A DNA stretch of 63,929 bases, counting the filler, from Octopus bimaculoides (lineage: Eukaryota), in assembly GCF_001194135.2 (NCBI RefSeq). It is 9 parts of 8 records of this genome, joined end to end, with 100 filler letters (N's around TTAATTAATTAA, not from the genome) between each part and the next. Parts side by side here need not be neighbours in the genome. Positions count along the whole stretch, not along the records: positions 9,276 to 11,866 come from NC_068982.1; positions 11,967 to 22,415 come from NW_026351510.1; positions 22,516 to 25,373 come from NW_026405165.1; 6 more parts are not named here. The stretch is one strand, 5' to 3'. Position numbers and translations under genes: made by a program. This document shows, piece after piece, positions 11,836-24,352 of this stretch (position 1 is its first letter; every line of letters starts with the position of its first letter). The notes beneath the pieces are model-generated. The model had not been told where the DNA came from. It saw only the letters and a program-made list of their open reading frames with translations, and did no database searches.

Positions 11836-11838
<3 letters not shown>
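10585..11838 (+). mobile_element. RTE-clade LINE 3' end (ORF C-terminus, 3' UTR, (GAT)n tail)
   Basis: VLHSSETWIVTAKDMHRLERNEASMLCWMCNV...QERRLHWYSHV; 3' UTR ends cagacattaaatgatgatgatg. Confidence 0.9.
11340..11500 (+). repeat. Minisatellite, ~4 copies of a ~39-bp unit inside the RTE 3' UTR
   Basis: Repeated unit cctttcgagtgttgggcctcacggaggcaaagtggctgagtt. Confidence 0.85.
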
Positions 11839-11866
<28 letters not shown>

Positions 11867-11966
11867 NNNNNNNNNNNNNNNNNNNNNNNNNNNNNNNNNN
11901 NNNNNNNNNNTTAATTAATTAANNNNNNNNNNNNNNNNNNNNNNNNNNNNNNNNNNNNNNNNNNNN

Positions 11967-11999
<33 letters not shown>

Positions 12000-12289
12000 T
12001 GAGTGGGAAAATATGTTATTTTAAGATATGAAATACAATCTATAAATTTACCGAAGACCGTGTATTTACAACATATTTACTTCAGGAAGCCATAGCGGAA
12101 GATAGTGAGTGCGTATATGATGTGCCGCGAAGAAAGGTAAAAATTAAGACTTAAGCGAAATTGATTACTGGGGAATGGTAACTACGTTACACAGCACAAT
12201 TCTGCAAGTGCAGCTTTACCCTTCCCATATACAGATTTTTCGGCCTAAATTTTGACGTTTGGTTTGGTGTCCTTTTTTTTTCAGGAACA

Positions 12290-13149
12290 GCTTGGTGTAA
12301 TGGTGAACAATCAACAGTATTGGAGAGCATTGAGACTAAAGCTGTACCTCAGAAAAGTCAGCTGATACAACGAATTGGAAGCCATGTGAATATTGGAAAA
12401 GAGTTGCCTGCATCATGTTGATTCACGCCAGGTCTAAAAATGCCGACATATTGACTGTTCCTCAATGCACTCTGGACCTTGTAAAGGCTGTAAGACGTGA
12501 CACGGATATCATGAAAACCAAATCCCTACCAAACTGCAATGGTCTTTGGACGTATCTGCAATAAGGGAGACGTTATGCTTCCCCAAATCTTTGAACGAGA
12601 CCTTAAGCTCATTTCAAATGGCTGTGTGAATCTGGTGCAGAATGTGATCTAACCTTGGCTGGAAAGATTGTTGTCCGCAGGCTATATGTGTCCGCAGGCT
12701 ATATGTGTGGAGGTAGGGTTCGGCCCCTTGCCATACCTTAGGAAAGAGTCAGAAGTGGTTATCTGAAAATGTGTACGATTTCCCCTGTCCCAGTGTCTGG
12801 CCTTCTAATTCCCTCGATTGTAATCGTATGGTATACTATATGTAGAGCGTAGCTGCGAAAGACACCAATCTCTCTACCAGCAACACCAAGGCCGAGCTGG
12901 TAGCCAAGATCGAGGAGGTGTTCAAGGATTTTCCCAGAAACGTAACAGGAAATTCATACACTAGGTTTCTGAACCATTTTGAGGCTATGGTGAAAGATTA
13001 GGGCAGCTACTCTGAGTAAACTGTTTCCAATCAGCCATGGTTTACTTGATATATATTTTGATTTTTTAAAATACTTTATTTTTGGATGGGTTATTTTGTT
13101 TTCGTTTTCTTTAATTCAGACTTTCAAGTTTAGCCCGAAAACCCTGCAA
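12290..13149 (+). mobile_element. maT (DD37D) Tc1/mariner-superfamily transposon remnant
   Basis: MKTKSLP..MVFGRICNKGDVMLP...VW..[D>G]SAPCHT..KSQKWLSEN.YDF...VWPSNSLDCNRM[D>V]YY; 37 residues between the inferred second and third catalytic positions; 17-bp internal tandem duplication at 12672-12705. Confidence 0.8.
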
Positions 13150-13778
13150 ATCGCTAATTATAGCAGACAGATCCTTCCAATCCGTATTCTTTCTGACTTC
13201 AAAGGAAAAAAGTCTCGACCCAATGAAATTGAAGTTTATTGCACGCGGTCTGTTAAGTTTCCAGAAATAGCAGCTAATTCATGATAAAACAGTACCGTAC
13301 TGTTTGAAATAAGGTGGAGTGTATTAGATAAATGCCACATTAGATTTACACAAAGACGAGGCGGTAAAGCGGTGAAAACCTTTCATCGTATGTCTGTTCG
13401 ATGATGACTGACATAGCGTAAACAACAACAAGAACAAGAACAAGAGCAGCAACAGCAGCAGCAGCAAAAGCAGCTACAGCAACATCAACTAAAATCGAAA
13501 GCAACAGAAGACGGCGACATGAATATCTGAAGGGACGATATAAATAAACTCCCAAGCAAAGAGGACATTTAAAAGAATATGTATCTAAGAAAACTTCATT
13601 TTTAAGTGTTGTTAAGTGTTACATGAATGGCAGAGGTGATAAGAAAATGTGTCAGGAGCTCCTTTGCAATTTATTATTATTATTTTGTTCTTTTTTATAT
13701 ACATACATACTTACAAACACATGCATACATACATTTATATAGCTATAGGTATACATACACATACCAATGTGTAAATAA

Positions 13779-13977
13779 TTATTACTGACAGAGGCAGTGT
13801 AAATACCAAAAGGTAATCTTTATATCCAACTTAACGTGGATGTTATATTGGAACGCTGAATACTGTGTAATTATGAAAGGTTTTCTCAGGGTACATTCTG
13901 CAGTATTCGGTGTTCTAACATGATATCTATGTTAAGATTGCCTTTTGGTATTGATACTACTTCTGTCAGTAATAATA
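13779..13977. mobile_element. Fold-back MITE-like element with ~42-bp terminal inverted repeats
   Basis: attattactgacagaggcagtgtaaataccaaaaggtaatctt versus the reverse complement of aagattgccttttggtattgatactacttctgtcagtaataat; related copy at 32318-32556. Confidence 0.75.
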
Positions 13978-14409
13978 ATTTTGTAATAAACCTGCTGGCT
14001 ATTTGCGGCATCAGTGCCTGAAAAGTCGATGGAATTATATATATACCCTCAGCAATGATATTTGGCTGGTATGCGGCAGCGGATGTCTGCCACTGAAGAG
14101 TCGGGGCACGCTGACATCACGTGATCTGGCAATTTCGACGCCCGTAGCAGAAGATTTTCGTCTGCCAGTGAAATAAATGCGTGCTTTTATGCACCATCCA
14201 TCCATAGAAGAGGTGGTTTCAAGGTAGATATATATATATTTGGCGTTCTGATACAACATCCATATGAAGTTTGACATTAAGATAGGTATTTGTATATAAG
14301 TGTGTGTGTGTGTGTGTGTGTGTATACACAGACACACACATATATATATATATACACACACATCTCTCTCTCTTTCTCATACGAATAAATTCATATATAT
14401 TGGCACACC

Positions 14410-14660
14410 GATCAATGGAACAGTCTGCTCGTGATATTAATGTGCAAGTGGCTTAGCACTCCGCAAACACGTGTACCCTTATCGTAGTTCTCAGGGAGAT
14501 TCAGCGTGACACAGAGTGTGACAATGCTGGCCCTTTAATATAGAGGTATTACTCATTTTTGCAAGCTGAGTGTGTTCAAGAACACAACGTGCGGCCAGGT
14601 ATTGAACTCACGACCTTACGACCATGAGCCGAATGCCCTAACCTTTCAGCCGCGCACCTT
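14410..14660 (-). mobile_element. tRNA-derived SINE (further family)
   Basis: Minus strand aaggtgcgcggctgaaaggttagggcattcggctcatggtcgtaaggtcgtgagttcaatacc, then a CORE-like gttgtgttcttgaa segment. Confidence 0.75.
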
Positions 14661-14697
14661 CTCATTCATATATATATAGTTATGCATAGGTATGTTT

Positions 14698-14741
<44 letters not shown>

Positions 14742-16044
14742 ATAAAAGATAGAACTCAATACAAAATATATTACGTATTTTAATACAGTTTTCAGGAGAG
14801 GTGAAATCTTTGCTTTGAGTTTCCCCAATTAGTTACGTCAAATCTCTGAACAATATACCAATTAGAATGCAAAGAATCTTTTTTCGAAGGAGACACACTG
14901 GATATGCAGCAAGTATAGAGGGGTAATTTACGTTTAAATTTCCTTAAAATTATACAGCGCTCATATTTTACTTCTTTTCTTGTTCATTACTCCCCTCGTC
15001 TTTTATATCAGTAATGCATTCAAAATTCCACCTTTTTAGCAAGCTGAAAATGAGCACGAGCCGTGTTTTGATGCAGGCCTCTCTGCCTCCAGATGTCTCA
15101 CCTTAGATGTGTTTCTAGGTGAAAGTGTAGGATGTTTGACAAGCAGTCTCTGTCTGCTCGCAACTAGAGAGAGGCACCTGAAACAATTAGCGACACATGG
15201 AATATGGTTACTAAACCATATTCCTTCGCAGGTGATGGTTCGTTCTCTGCTAATAATGACAGCTTTTATTTCCTCTGCTTAATGAACAATCCATCACAAA
15301 TCAGAGCCAGTAAGAGAATTTGTAATAGCGTAGCTTAGGGGAGGGGCAACGATTTTATGGCGACGGTACTTGTCGGTTTGTTGTATAAGAATGTGTGTGG
15401 TTGGGGCTCGACAAACTCAAAGGACGCCACGGGCGGCTTATATTCTACCAGCTCCACCGAGAACCCGCATGCTGCTTCGTCTCGTGTATGATTTTCTTAC
15501 AAAGCAATTCAGTCAGTGTATATATCATCCTCACAATATCCTTACTGATACTAACATCTAATGATTACAAAACACTTGCAAGTCCTTCAAAAAGTAATTA
15601 CCACTATATCAGTATTTTAGTTCAGTCGTTTATCAACAAATATCCTTCGCTAGATAAAACCTATACGAGCAAACTCTTTTCCTTCTCTAATCTACCACAA
15701 TGTAAATCCTAACTACTATCAATTGTTTGCATCCACTTTCATTCATCTATATAACTTATAATAATAATTCTTTTTCGAAATTTCTCTATTCTTCATCTAA
15801 CATGGTTTTTCTCCTGGCGGTAATCGTCGATTTTATGGAAACACCTATATTAAGTACTCAACATAATCTACACATACGTTCTCTTTGAAAATTTCATACT
15901 ACATTTGTTTTGTTTTTTTCTTAGACGCTACTAGTATGTAGTTCAAAAAATGTATGCATACATGTATAGTTTTGGATGTACGCGTATCAGTGAGTGTATG
16001 CATATATAAAAATCATATCAGATATATAAATATATACATATATG

Positions 16045-16085
<41 letters not shown>

Positions 16086-16629
16086 NNNNNNNNNNNNNNN
16101 NNNNNNNNNNNNNNNNNNNNNNNNNNNNNNNNNNNNNNNNNNNNNNNNNNNNNNNNNNNNNNNNNNNNNNNNNNNNNNNNNNNNNNNNNNNNNNNNNNNN
16201 NNNNNNNNNNNNNNNNNNNNNNNNNNNNNNNNNNNNNNNNNNNNNNNNNNNNNNNNNNNNNNNNNNNNNNNNNNNNNNNNNNNNNNNNNNNNNNNNNNNN
16301 NNNNNNNNNNNNNNNNNNNNNNNNNNNNNNNNNNNNNNNNNNNNNNNNNNNNNNNNNNNNNNNNNNNNNNNNNNNNNNNNNNNNNNNNNNNNNNNNNNNN
16401 NNNNNNNNNNNNNNNNNNNNNNNNNNNNNNNNNNNNNNNNNNNNNNNNNNNNNNNNNNNNNNNNNNNNNNNNNNNNNNNNNNNNNNNNNNNNNNNNNNNN
16501 NNNNNNNNNNNNNNNNNNNNNNNNNNNNNNNNNNNNNNNNNNNNNNNNNNNNNNNNNNNNNNNNNNNNNNNNNNNNNNNNNNNNNNNNNNNNNNNNNNNN
16601 TATATATATATGCATACTTATATTTATTC

Positions 16630-16676
<47 letters not shown>

Positions 16677-16938
16677 CTTATATTTATTCACATATATATA
16701 TATATATATATATGAATACACATATACACATTTACACACATATACGCTCCGAAGTACACTCACACACTACACACACACTACACACACACTACACACACAC
16801 TATACACACAAACACTACACACACACTATACACACACACACTACACACACACGCACACACATACACACACACCGCTCTCACGGCGGTCTTGGATTAAATG
16901 TATATTCAAGGTATTCGTTCAAGATCTAAAGAACTTAC

Positions 16939-17042
16939 AACAACCGCGGTTAGTTTCCTTGCCAAATTCTTATGAACCTTGCCAAGTTCCCCAAATTCAC
17001 TGCTTACTTTTCTAGTTTTCTTTTGCTTTCCAATTAACTATC
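16939..17042 (-). CDS. Candidate exon D of a putative minus-strand gene; GA-TAG then 33 open codons (LIGKQKKTRKVSSEFGELGKVHKNLARKLTAVV)
   Basis: ttttgtttttttgtag| acceptor, tandem acceptor gatag| 5 nt downstream, GTT|GTAAGT donor. Confidence 0.3.
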
Positions 17043-17227
17043 CTACAAAAAAACAAAAAAAACATGAAGGTTTGAGATTCACTTTGAATTCTAAACTAAA
17101 AATTTTAGCAATATTAAAATCTACTACGAATGCTTCAACTTATATATGTACGTAGAAACGTCCGAGGCTCTTGTCTCATCTCTGTTATATTTGCGCGCTT
17201 AAATTTTTTGAGATGAATTTATAAGCC

Positions 17228-17259
<32 letters not shown>

Positions 17260-17268
<9 letters not shown>

Positions 17269-17480
17269 TGTTTTATCATTCAACTGTTTCAATCATTGGA
17301 CTATGGCCATGCTGGGGCACCACCTTCAAGGGTTTAGTCGAAAATATTCGGCTTCGATACTTATTTTGAAGTTTGGTGCTTATTCGGTCGGTATCTTTCT
17401 GCCGAACCGCTAATTTACAGTGACGTAAAGAAACCAATACTGGTTGTATAACTGTTGGATGGGCACAAGCAAAACACAGA
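17260..17480 (-). mobile_element. SINE family A 3' tail
   Basis: tgtttcaatcattggactatggccatgctggggcaccacc...gccgaaccgctaatttacag. Confidence 0.85.
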
Positions 17481-17553
17481 AACACATACATGTAAGTACA
17501 AACCCCCACACACACGCACAACTAAGTATATTGTTGACGTCATAAGATACATA

Positions 17554-18828
17554 CAGGGGTTGGACAAAATAATAGAAATACCTAGCACCATAGCATTATG
17601 ATTTCGAAATATCTATAAAACCACCAAAACCTTGTTTATTTTTGTGTTTTTTTTTAAATGTATTATTAGTATTGCATAACATGTTTTGCTAAAATTTCTG
17701 TTTCTTTTTTAGATATCATCAGAAAAAGGTAATCAAAATTCATTAAAATGACAGATCTATCGTATTTTCAAAGAGATCAAATTGTTGGTGCTTCTATGGC
17801 AGGTGCTAGCGTAATGAAAACAGCCGAAATGTTTCGTGTATCAGGAAGTACTGTCTCGAAAGTAACGACAGCCTTTGAGAAAGGGGGAAAAACCTCCTCG
17901 TCGAAACAAAACTCCGGAAGAAAACCGAAACTTTAAGATACGGACCTTCGGACTCTTACGCGAATTGTTAGAAAGGATCACAAAAGTACAGCTCCCAAAA
18001 TTACTTCAGAGCTTAATGACAACCTCAAGAACTCAGTTTCCACAAAAACTGTTCGCCGGGATTTGCAAAAAAGCCGTATTTCACGGGAGGGCTCCAATTA
18101 GAAAACCACTACTTTCAAAAACAAACGTTGCAAAGCGTTTAGAGTGGAGTAAAAACCTACAGAATTGGTCCCTAGAGCAGTGGAAGAATGTTATTTTCTC
18201 GGACGAGTCATCTTTTACCTTATTTCCGACCACCGGCCAAGTGTATGTGTTCTGACAGCCAAAAGAAGCATTTGACCCACACTGCCTTCTTCCAACTGTT
18301 AAACATGGAGGAGGATCTGTGATGATCTGGGAGACTATATTTTGGAAATCCACAGGCCCAATGGTTTCCTTTCATAGCAGAATTACTAGTCAAGACTAAG
18401 CATTTTATCTGATGAAATTCATCCTATGGTTGCGCAACTGTTTCCAGAGGGAAACGCAATCTTTCAGGCTGATAATGCACCAATTCACACAGCCAAAATT
18501 GTTACTGAATGGCACGAGGAACATTCTAGTGAAGTTGAACATCTTATCTGGCCAGCACAGTCCCCAGATCTCGATATTATTGAACATTGATGGTGCATTT
18601 TAGAAAAACAAGTAAGGAGTCGATATCCTCCACCATCATCAGTACAAGAACTGGAGAATGTTTTAGCTGAAAAATGGACAAAAATTCCTTTGGAAACAAT
18701 TCAAACTTTATATGAGTCTATACCTTGTAGAATTCAAGCTGTAATTACTACCAAAGGCGGTCCTACCTCATATTAATATAAATTTGTTCGAAATTTTAAG
18801 GTTTTTCCATTATTTTGTCCAACCCATG
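17554..18828 (+). mobile_element. Full-length Tc1-family transposon with DD36E spacing (Incomer-type); transposase inactivated
   Basis: TA target duplication; 30-bp TIRs CAGGGGTTGGACAAAATAATAGAAATACCT with 3 mismatches; FSDES...FQADNAPIH-(36 aa from D)-IIE. Confidence 0.95.
17748..18775 (+). pseudogene. Tc1-like transposase pseudogene (stops at ~17934, ~18253, ~18588; frameshifts near 18070 and 18397)
   Basis: MTDLSYFQRDQIVG...GRKPKL*...WKNVIFSDESSF...TVKHGGGSVMIW...WPAQSPDLDIIEH*W...KGGPTSY*. Confidence 0.95.
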
Positions 18829-18863
18829 TATGTATGTATGTATGTATGTATGTATGTCTGTCT

Positions 18864-19046
18864 AGGCACAGGCGTGGCTGTTTTGTAAGAATCATGCTCC
18901 TCAGCCACATGGTTCCGAGGCTCAGTCCCACTGTGTGGCACCTTGGGCAAGTGTCCTTTAATATAACCTCGGGCTGGCCAAAGATTTGTTAGTAGATGTG
19001 GTAGACGGAAGCTGAAAGAAGCCATCATATATATATATATATATGC

Positions 19047-19086
<40 letters not shown>

Positions 19087-19437
19087 GTGTGTGTGTGTGC
19101 GCGTGTGTGCGTGCGCGTGTGTGCNNNNNNNNNNTGTGTGTGTGTATGTATGTGTGTGTGTGTGTGCGCGTGTGTGCGTGCGCGTGTGTGCGTGCGCGTG
19201 TGTGCGTGCGCGTGTGTGCGTGCGCGTGTGTGTGTGCATGTGCGTGTCTCTTTATGTGTAAGTTTGTCACCCACCATCGCTTAACAACCGGTGTTGATAT
19301 GTTGGGCAAAGACAGTCTGATAGAATAAATACCAGGCTATTTATAAAAAAAGTCCTGGGCTCGATTTGTTCGACTAAAACCTTTGAAGCCGGTGTCCCAG
19401 CATGGCCGTAGTTCAATGACTGAAACAAGTAAAAGAA
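18864..19437 (+). mobile_element. SINE family A, near-complete, with expanded internal microsatellite
   Basis: ggcacaggcgtggctg head, (TA)(TG)(TGCG) tract, tail ending aatgactgaaacaagtaaaagaat. Confidence 0.9.
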
Positions 19438-19802
19438 TATATATTGTTGTCGAAGCTGTCGCGCAGTGGGAGTGAACTCGAAAGTGCGTGGCCAAAATGC
19501 AAGCTTCTTAAACATACGACCATGACCGCACCTATTGTGTAGCGTTTCTTTTTATATTATATATTTATGTGACTAGGCACACGCCCAAGTGAAGGAGTTT
19601 TTTTGAGCTGAACGTTCTACTTCAAGTGATTCCTCAAGAGTATTACATTACTGTTACATATAGATCCCACCCAGAAGGATGAATGGCAAAGTCATTTCCA
19701 GGGGAAAATGTTTATAAGAAAAATGAGTGAGAAATTGATCTTTTATTCATAACTGTTATCAAATATCTGCAAAACAAAGTTATATGCGATATATAAATAT
19801 AA

Positions 19803-19846
<44 letters not shown>

Positions 19847-19882
19847 GTATAAAATTTGCTTTATTGTTTAATCTTCACTTAC

Positions 19883-19959
19883 CTGGAAGAGAAGTGCTGT
19901 GCTCATTGACATCAATCTCCACTTCAAAGACTTTGCGTAACTTCCAGCTGGTTGCTAAC
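19883..19959 (-). CDS. Candidate exon C, product unknown (LATSWKLRKVFEVEIDVNEHSTSLP)
   Basis: tttaactgttatgtctagcag| acceptor, consensus CAG|GTAAGT donor, only one frame open (phase 2 to 1), unique sequence. Confidence 0.4.
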
Positions 19960-20329
19960 CTGCTAGACATAACAGTTAAATTTTACTATGCGTTACATCC
20001 TATCGGCTTATATATAATAATTTTTAACAGTCAAAATGTCAGATATTTCATGGGAACGTAAGGCAGAATTATACTGATTCCCGGGCTTGCTTAGTACTCA
20101 ATTTTTTTTATATCATCCGTTACGAAGCAACATAAAGGCTACTGTGGCAGGATTTGATCACTGGATGCAAATTGTACAAAGGCTTTTTGTCCGGCGTCCT
20201 TATGATTCAGTTAATTCGCTGCTCTCATTGACCTATATAATTGTTTCCTGATTAGGTACAATATAGCAATTTTGAAGGGAGACGTTCAGTCGATGACATC
20301 GACTGCAGTACTTATATTCGTTTCAAATC

Positions 20330-20530
20330 GTGGCACAAGGCTAGCAATTTCGAGGCAGGCTGTAAGTCGATTACATCGACCCCAGTCTTCAGCAGGTACT
20401 TGTTTATCGACTCCAAAAGGATGATAGGAAGAGTCGGCCACGGCGTCATTTAAACTTAGAACGTAATAAAAGTAGAAATGCCACTAAGTATTTTGGCCGG
20501 TGTGTTAACGATTCTGCCAGCTCACCAACT
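20330..20530 (-). mobile_element. SINE family B
   Basis: ggcacaaggctagcaatttcg...atcgaccccagt...gattctgccagctcacc. Confidence 0.85.
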
Positions 20531-20639
20531 TAATCCTCTGTACTTAAATTCGTACTTTATTTTATATAACTTATGTAGTTTAACAACTTAAGAAAAGATG
20601 TGAGCAAGGTGGAAATCCCAGAAGGTCGATGGTTTTGAA

Positions 20640-21370
20640 AAGAACAGGGTTCAGCTATTAATGCAGGCTTGGGTTTTCGAAACAACAGAGGTGAAGAAAG
20701 GAGGAGACGGGAAAGCGAACCTATGGTTATAAACATTACAAAATACAGATATTATACTGTGAGGGACGTTATGCCTATATTTGGGTATTTGAGGTTATTA
20801 AAATATCAGTTGGTCACAGGAATATTTTATCACAAACGATATTAAGGGAAGCAGAGCAAGTAAACATCTGAAATCACTGCAAGGAGAATAATGGACACCC
20901 AATGTAACGGAACTTTTGAACTTTGTTGTACAATAAAAGTAAATTGTCTGTAGCATTCATAAATTGCTTACGGCAGATAATTAAGTGCTATTTATTATGC
21001 TGCGTCTTTTTATATATATATTTTCTGTACTCCTCTTCATTGACATAAACTGTTTTATTATGCCAATTGTGCTCTACGGTGCAAAACGTTGGATGATATA
21101 AAGGAAATACAAGAAGATAGATATCGTTGAGCTATGGTTCATTTGCATATTGGGAAGGATAAGCTGCAAAGACAGTGTAGCAAACGCTGCAGCACTAGAA
21201 AAGCTGAAAGTCCAAAGACAGCTATTGTCGAGATTCAAGTCCAAAAAGGTATCATACTTGAGACATACAACGCAATACGTATCACTGCGCAAGACTACCC
21301 TGACATGAAATGTGGAGTAGGAGAGAGTAAGAAGTCATCAAAGACGCTTGCGAACTGACCGGAAACAAGA
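20640..21370 (+). mobile_element. Old RTE-clade LINE remnant
   Basis: IVLYGAKRWMI*RKYKKIDIVELWFICILGRISCKDSVANAAALEKLKVQRQLLSRFKSKKVSYLRH matches LYG.ETW....KI.AFE.W..R.L.ISW...TN.EVL; upstream GFRNNRG. Confidence 0.7.
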
Positions 21371-22569
21371 GTCTGGTTGATTGCATTGATGCAGTACAAC
21401 TAATAGGTAACTGCACACTTTTGGAAAGCCTACCCCAGTATATAGGGAGAGCACCTGATTAGCTTATAATGCATTTAAAAGGACTTTTTAACAAAGGAAA
21501 ATTAACAATAACGGCATCTCAAAAAGCCAATGGTAACGATTTTTGGGTAATTTACTGAACACACTCTTTTACCTTTTTCTCTTCCTCACTCTCCCTCTTT
21601 CTATTGAATTATGCATGTTCAGATGCTCCTTAACTCAATAGTAGAGAGCTGAAAATCTATTTATTCAGCTTGAACACGACGCAACACTAAATATATGAAC
21701 CATTAAATGCCTGAACGTATTCTCAATTACCTTCTTCACTAATTAGCCTAATTTTTTTTCAGACGTTTTCTATATATCGATCATTAAAAACTAAAGGTCA
21801 TTTTCCCGTACATTTAATATGACGATTCAGCTGCAAATGTCCCGGGGTTTCATGTATTTCCTCTTTTGGTCGAAGCAAGTAGATGTACGTGCTATACAAG
21901 GACGAAGAAAAACGACGCTTTTATGTTTTTCCTTGTCTTCTTTGTAATTCAATTGCTCTAAGCAAACCTGAAAAGTCGTAAAGGGGATAAGTGAACAAAT
22001 TATATCTAGAAGACTATTACGCATCTGGAGATTAGGTACACACCGCTATTAGGAAGATGAAAGCCAAGAGACCTTGAAAACTGTTGCAGAATTGTCGAAA
22101 TTCTCATCACGAATTCGAGTCGAGATAAGCTACCAATTAAATCAGCTATTGGACAACGTTGATACGATTAAATCCCAGCTGGCTGCGTATACTTGCAGAA
22201 CATCTGCGAAAATAACAATAGAAGTATGCAGAACAAAAAATAAATAAATGAATAGAATAACTTCAAAAGAGAAACCATATAAAGGAAAAGGCTCCTACAA
22301 ACAAACATATTTCGCTTTCTCCCCACCTCTCTACATAAATACATAGAGGTTCATAGATGTGTGTATATGTATGTATACATATGTAAATGTAAATATATAT
22401 ATATATATATATATANNNNNNNNNNNNNNNNNNNNNNNNNNNNNNNNNNNNNNNNNNNNTTAATTAATTAANNNNNNNNNNNNNNNNNNNNNNNNNNNNN
22501 NNNNNNNNNNNNNNNAACCACTGGGCCATTGCGCCTCCACTAACCAACTATACGATATAAAAGGACCTC

Positions 22570-22640
22570 AAGACTGTCCGTCACCCCCCCCCCTGTAGTG
22601 CAGGTCTCGCTCCCAGTGACTTCCGTATGTTCCCTAAAAT
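22570..22640 (+). mobile_element. mariner transposase fragment
   Basis: HPP(C)SAGLAPSDFRMFPK resembles HPPYSPDLAPSDFHLFPK. Confidence 0.6.
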
Positions 22641-23041
22641 TCTTCTCCTTATTCCTTTCGCCATATACTCTGTATGGTTTTTGCTATGACAAACTAAGGA
22701 ATCTTTTTTAAAAAATACTACTTGAAATTATTTGAATTTACATATCCTCTCTCTCTCACACTCTGTCTGTCTGTCTGCCTGCCTGTATTTCTCTTATTAT
22801 TAATACTCCTACCGTCACCATCAACACTACTGCTTTTAATAAATCATCAACTCTCCCTAAATTTCTTTGTCTCTCTTTCTCTTTTTCTTTCTCTCTCTCT
22901 ATCTATCCCTGTCTTCGCTACCACCCTCATCGTCTTTATGCCTACTATTATTCTCACTCCAGCACGAGGAAGTGTCATTGAATACTGAGAGCTGGAGTCA
23001 GTGTGACACACTGGCACACAGAAATTGGTTTTAACATTTAT

Positions 23042-23077
<36 letters not shown>

Positions 23078-23369
23078 NNNNNNNNNNCTCACCTGTCTGT
23101 CTTTTGTTTCTTGCTTTATTAATCATTTTGTACCATACATACATACATACATATATACATACATAAGTGTGTGTGTGTTTTTGTGTTTGTGTGCGTGTTT
23201 GTGAGTATAACCTAGATAGCTTATATATTTTTCGACCAAGGATTGGTCCAAGCCACGTCTAAATTCAATAGAAATACCCGATCGGTTTAGTTGAATTCTT
23301 ATAATGTCAAATTTTGCGGTATCATGGTCCATTCGAGTAGGGAGTTCTTGTTGAGTTGTATCCAAGTAT

Positions 23370-24060
23370 TAGTGGCTTATTTGGTATTCCTTGAAGAAAT
23401 TTGTCCAGATTCCGTGTAAAGCTGATGGGATACTCTTCCTCTTTGATCTGTTTCGGGACAATGTTAGATATGGCAGGGCCTGTTGAGGAAAAGAAATTGT
23501 GTTGCAGTGTATATATGTGTGTTGTGATCCTGGATTGGGTAGGGGACGTATGGCCCGTGGTGCCAGCTTTGGATGAATTTTGAAGCTAATGTTGAGGTCG
23601 TTTCAATAATGCTGGTGGTATATTCTCCACATCGTGCAAATGATGTATCGTTCGTGCGGCGCTGGCGAGAATAGAGTCTCAGTGCTTTAAGGCAGTTCCA
23701 AAACTCGAGATCAGTCATCCTCTTAATTTCGAAATGTTTTGTTTTGTATGTGGAGACCACTGTGGGCAGCAGTATTCGAGGTGTGGCCGTATAAAGGAGG
23801 GGAAAAGAGGGATGATAACACCTTGTTCTCTGGACCAGAAGATTCTTGGGATCCAAGAGCTCATCCTACGAGCTATATCGACCATATTGTTGATGTGGGC
23901 ACACCAACTGAGATTGTTATCAACGATTACTCCTGGGTCTCTGGTATTATTAGGTGCTGTGAGTGGTTTCCCTGAAGGGAGAGAGTATGACTGTTGTAGC
24001 ATAGTCTCTCCCAAAATGCATCAGCTAAAATTTTCTCAGCCCCGGCATCCGAAACTCTGA
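23370..24060 (-). mobile_element. CR1/L2-group LINE RT C-terminal remnant
   Basis: RDPGVIVDNNLSWCAHINNMVDIARRMSSWI.RIFWSRE..VIIPLF.SFIRPHLEYCCPQWSPH..QNI..L...LRLYS.QRR...LDKFLQGIP. Confidence 0.9.
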
Positions 24061-24318
24061 GTTTTATTATGACAACCAACGGATCTTTTTTAAAACGGGG
24101 GCCACATTTTTCATTAACGAAACACTTTGAAACTTGGAACACTGGTAGAATGTGTCATATAAAACATCTTTTTCTCTTAGTCTTCTTAAAAAAAAAAGAA
24201 ATCCATAAGTTATTCCATGTTAAAGTTGTCGTATTTCTGTAATTTCAACCAATCACTGACGTCCATTCAGCCGATATACATTAAGTGCCGACTACATAAA
24301 CAAACGATTCTGAAACAA

Positions 24319-24352
24319 TTAACCCTAACCCTAACCGTAGGGTTAGGGTTAA
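24319..24352. repeat. Hairpin of telomere-like repeats
   Basis: ttaaccctaacccta-accg-tagggttagggttaa, 15-bp perfect arms. Confidence 0.85.

Noticed and set aside
13410-13530. Poly-Q-like stretch (QQQEQEQEQQQQQQQKQLQQHQ)
   Set aside because: Bounded by stops, weak acceptor, no donor; consistent with a decayed (CAA/CAG) microsatellite
15199-15224. 11-bp-arm hairpin ggaatatggtt-acta-aaccatattcc
   Set aside because: Short palindromes of this size are common in AT-rich repeat remnants; no supporting context
24319-24352. Telomere fusion scar interpretation
   Set aside because: Orientation is CCCTAA then TTAGGG (opposite of a fusion) and there are only two units per arm
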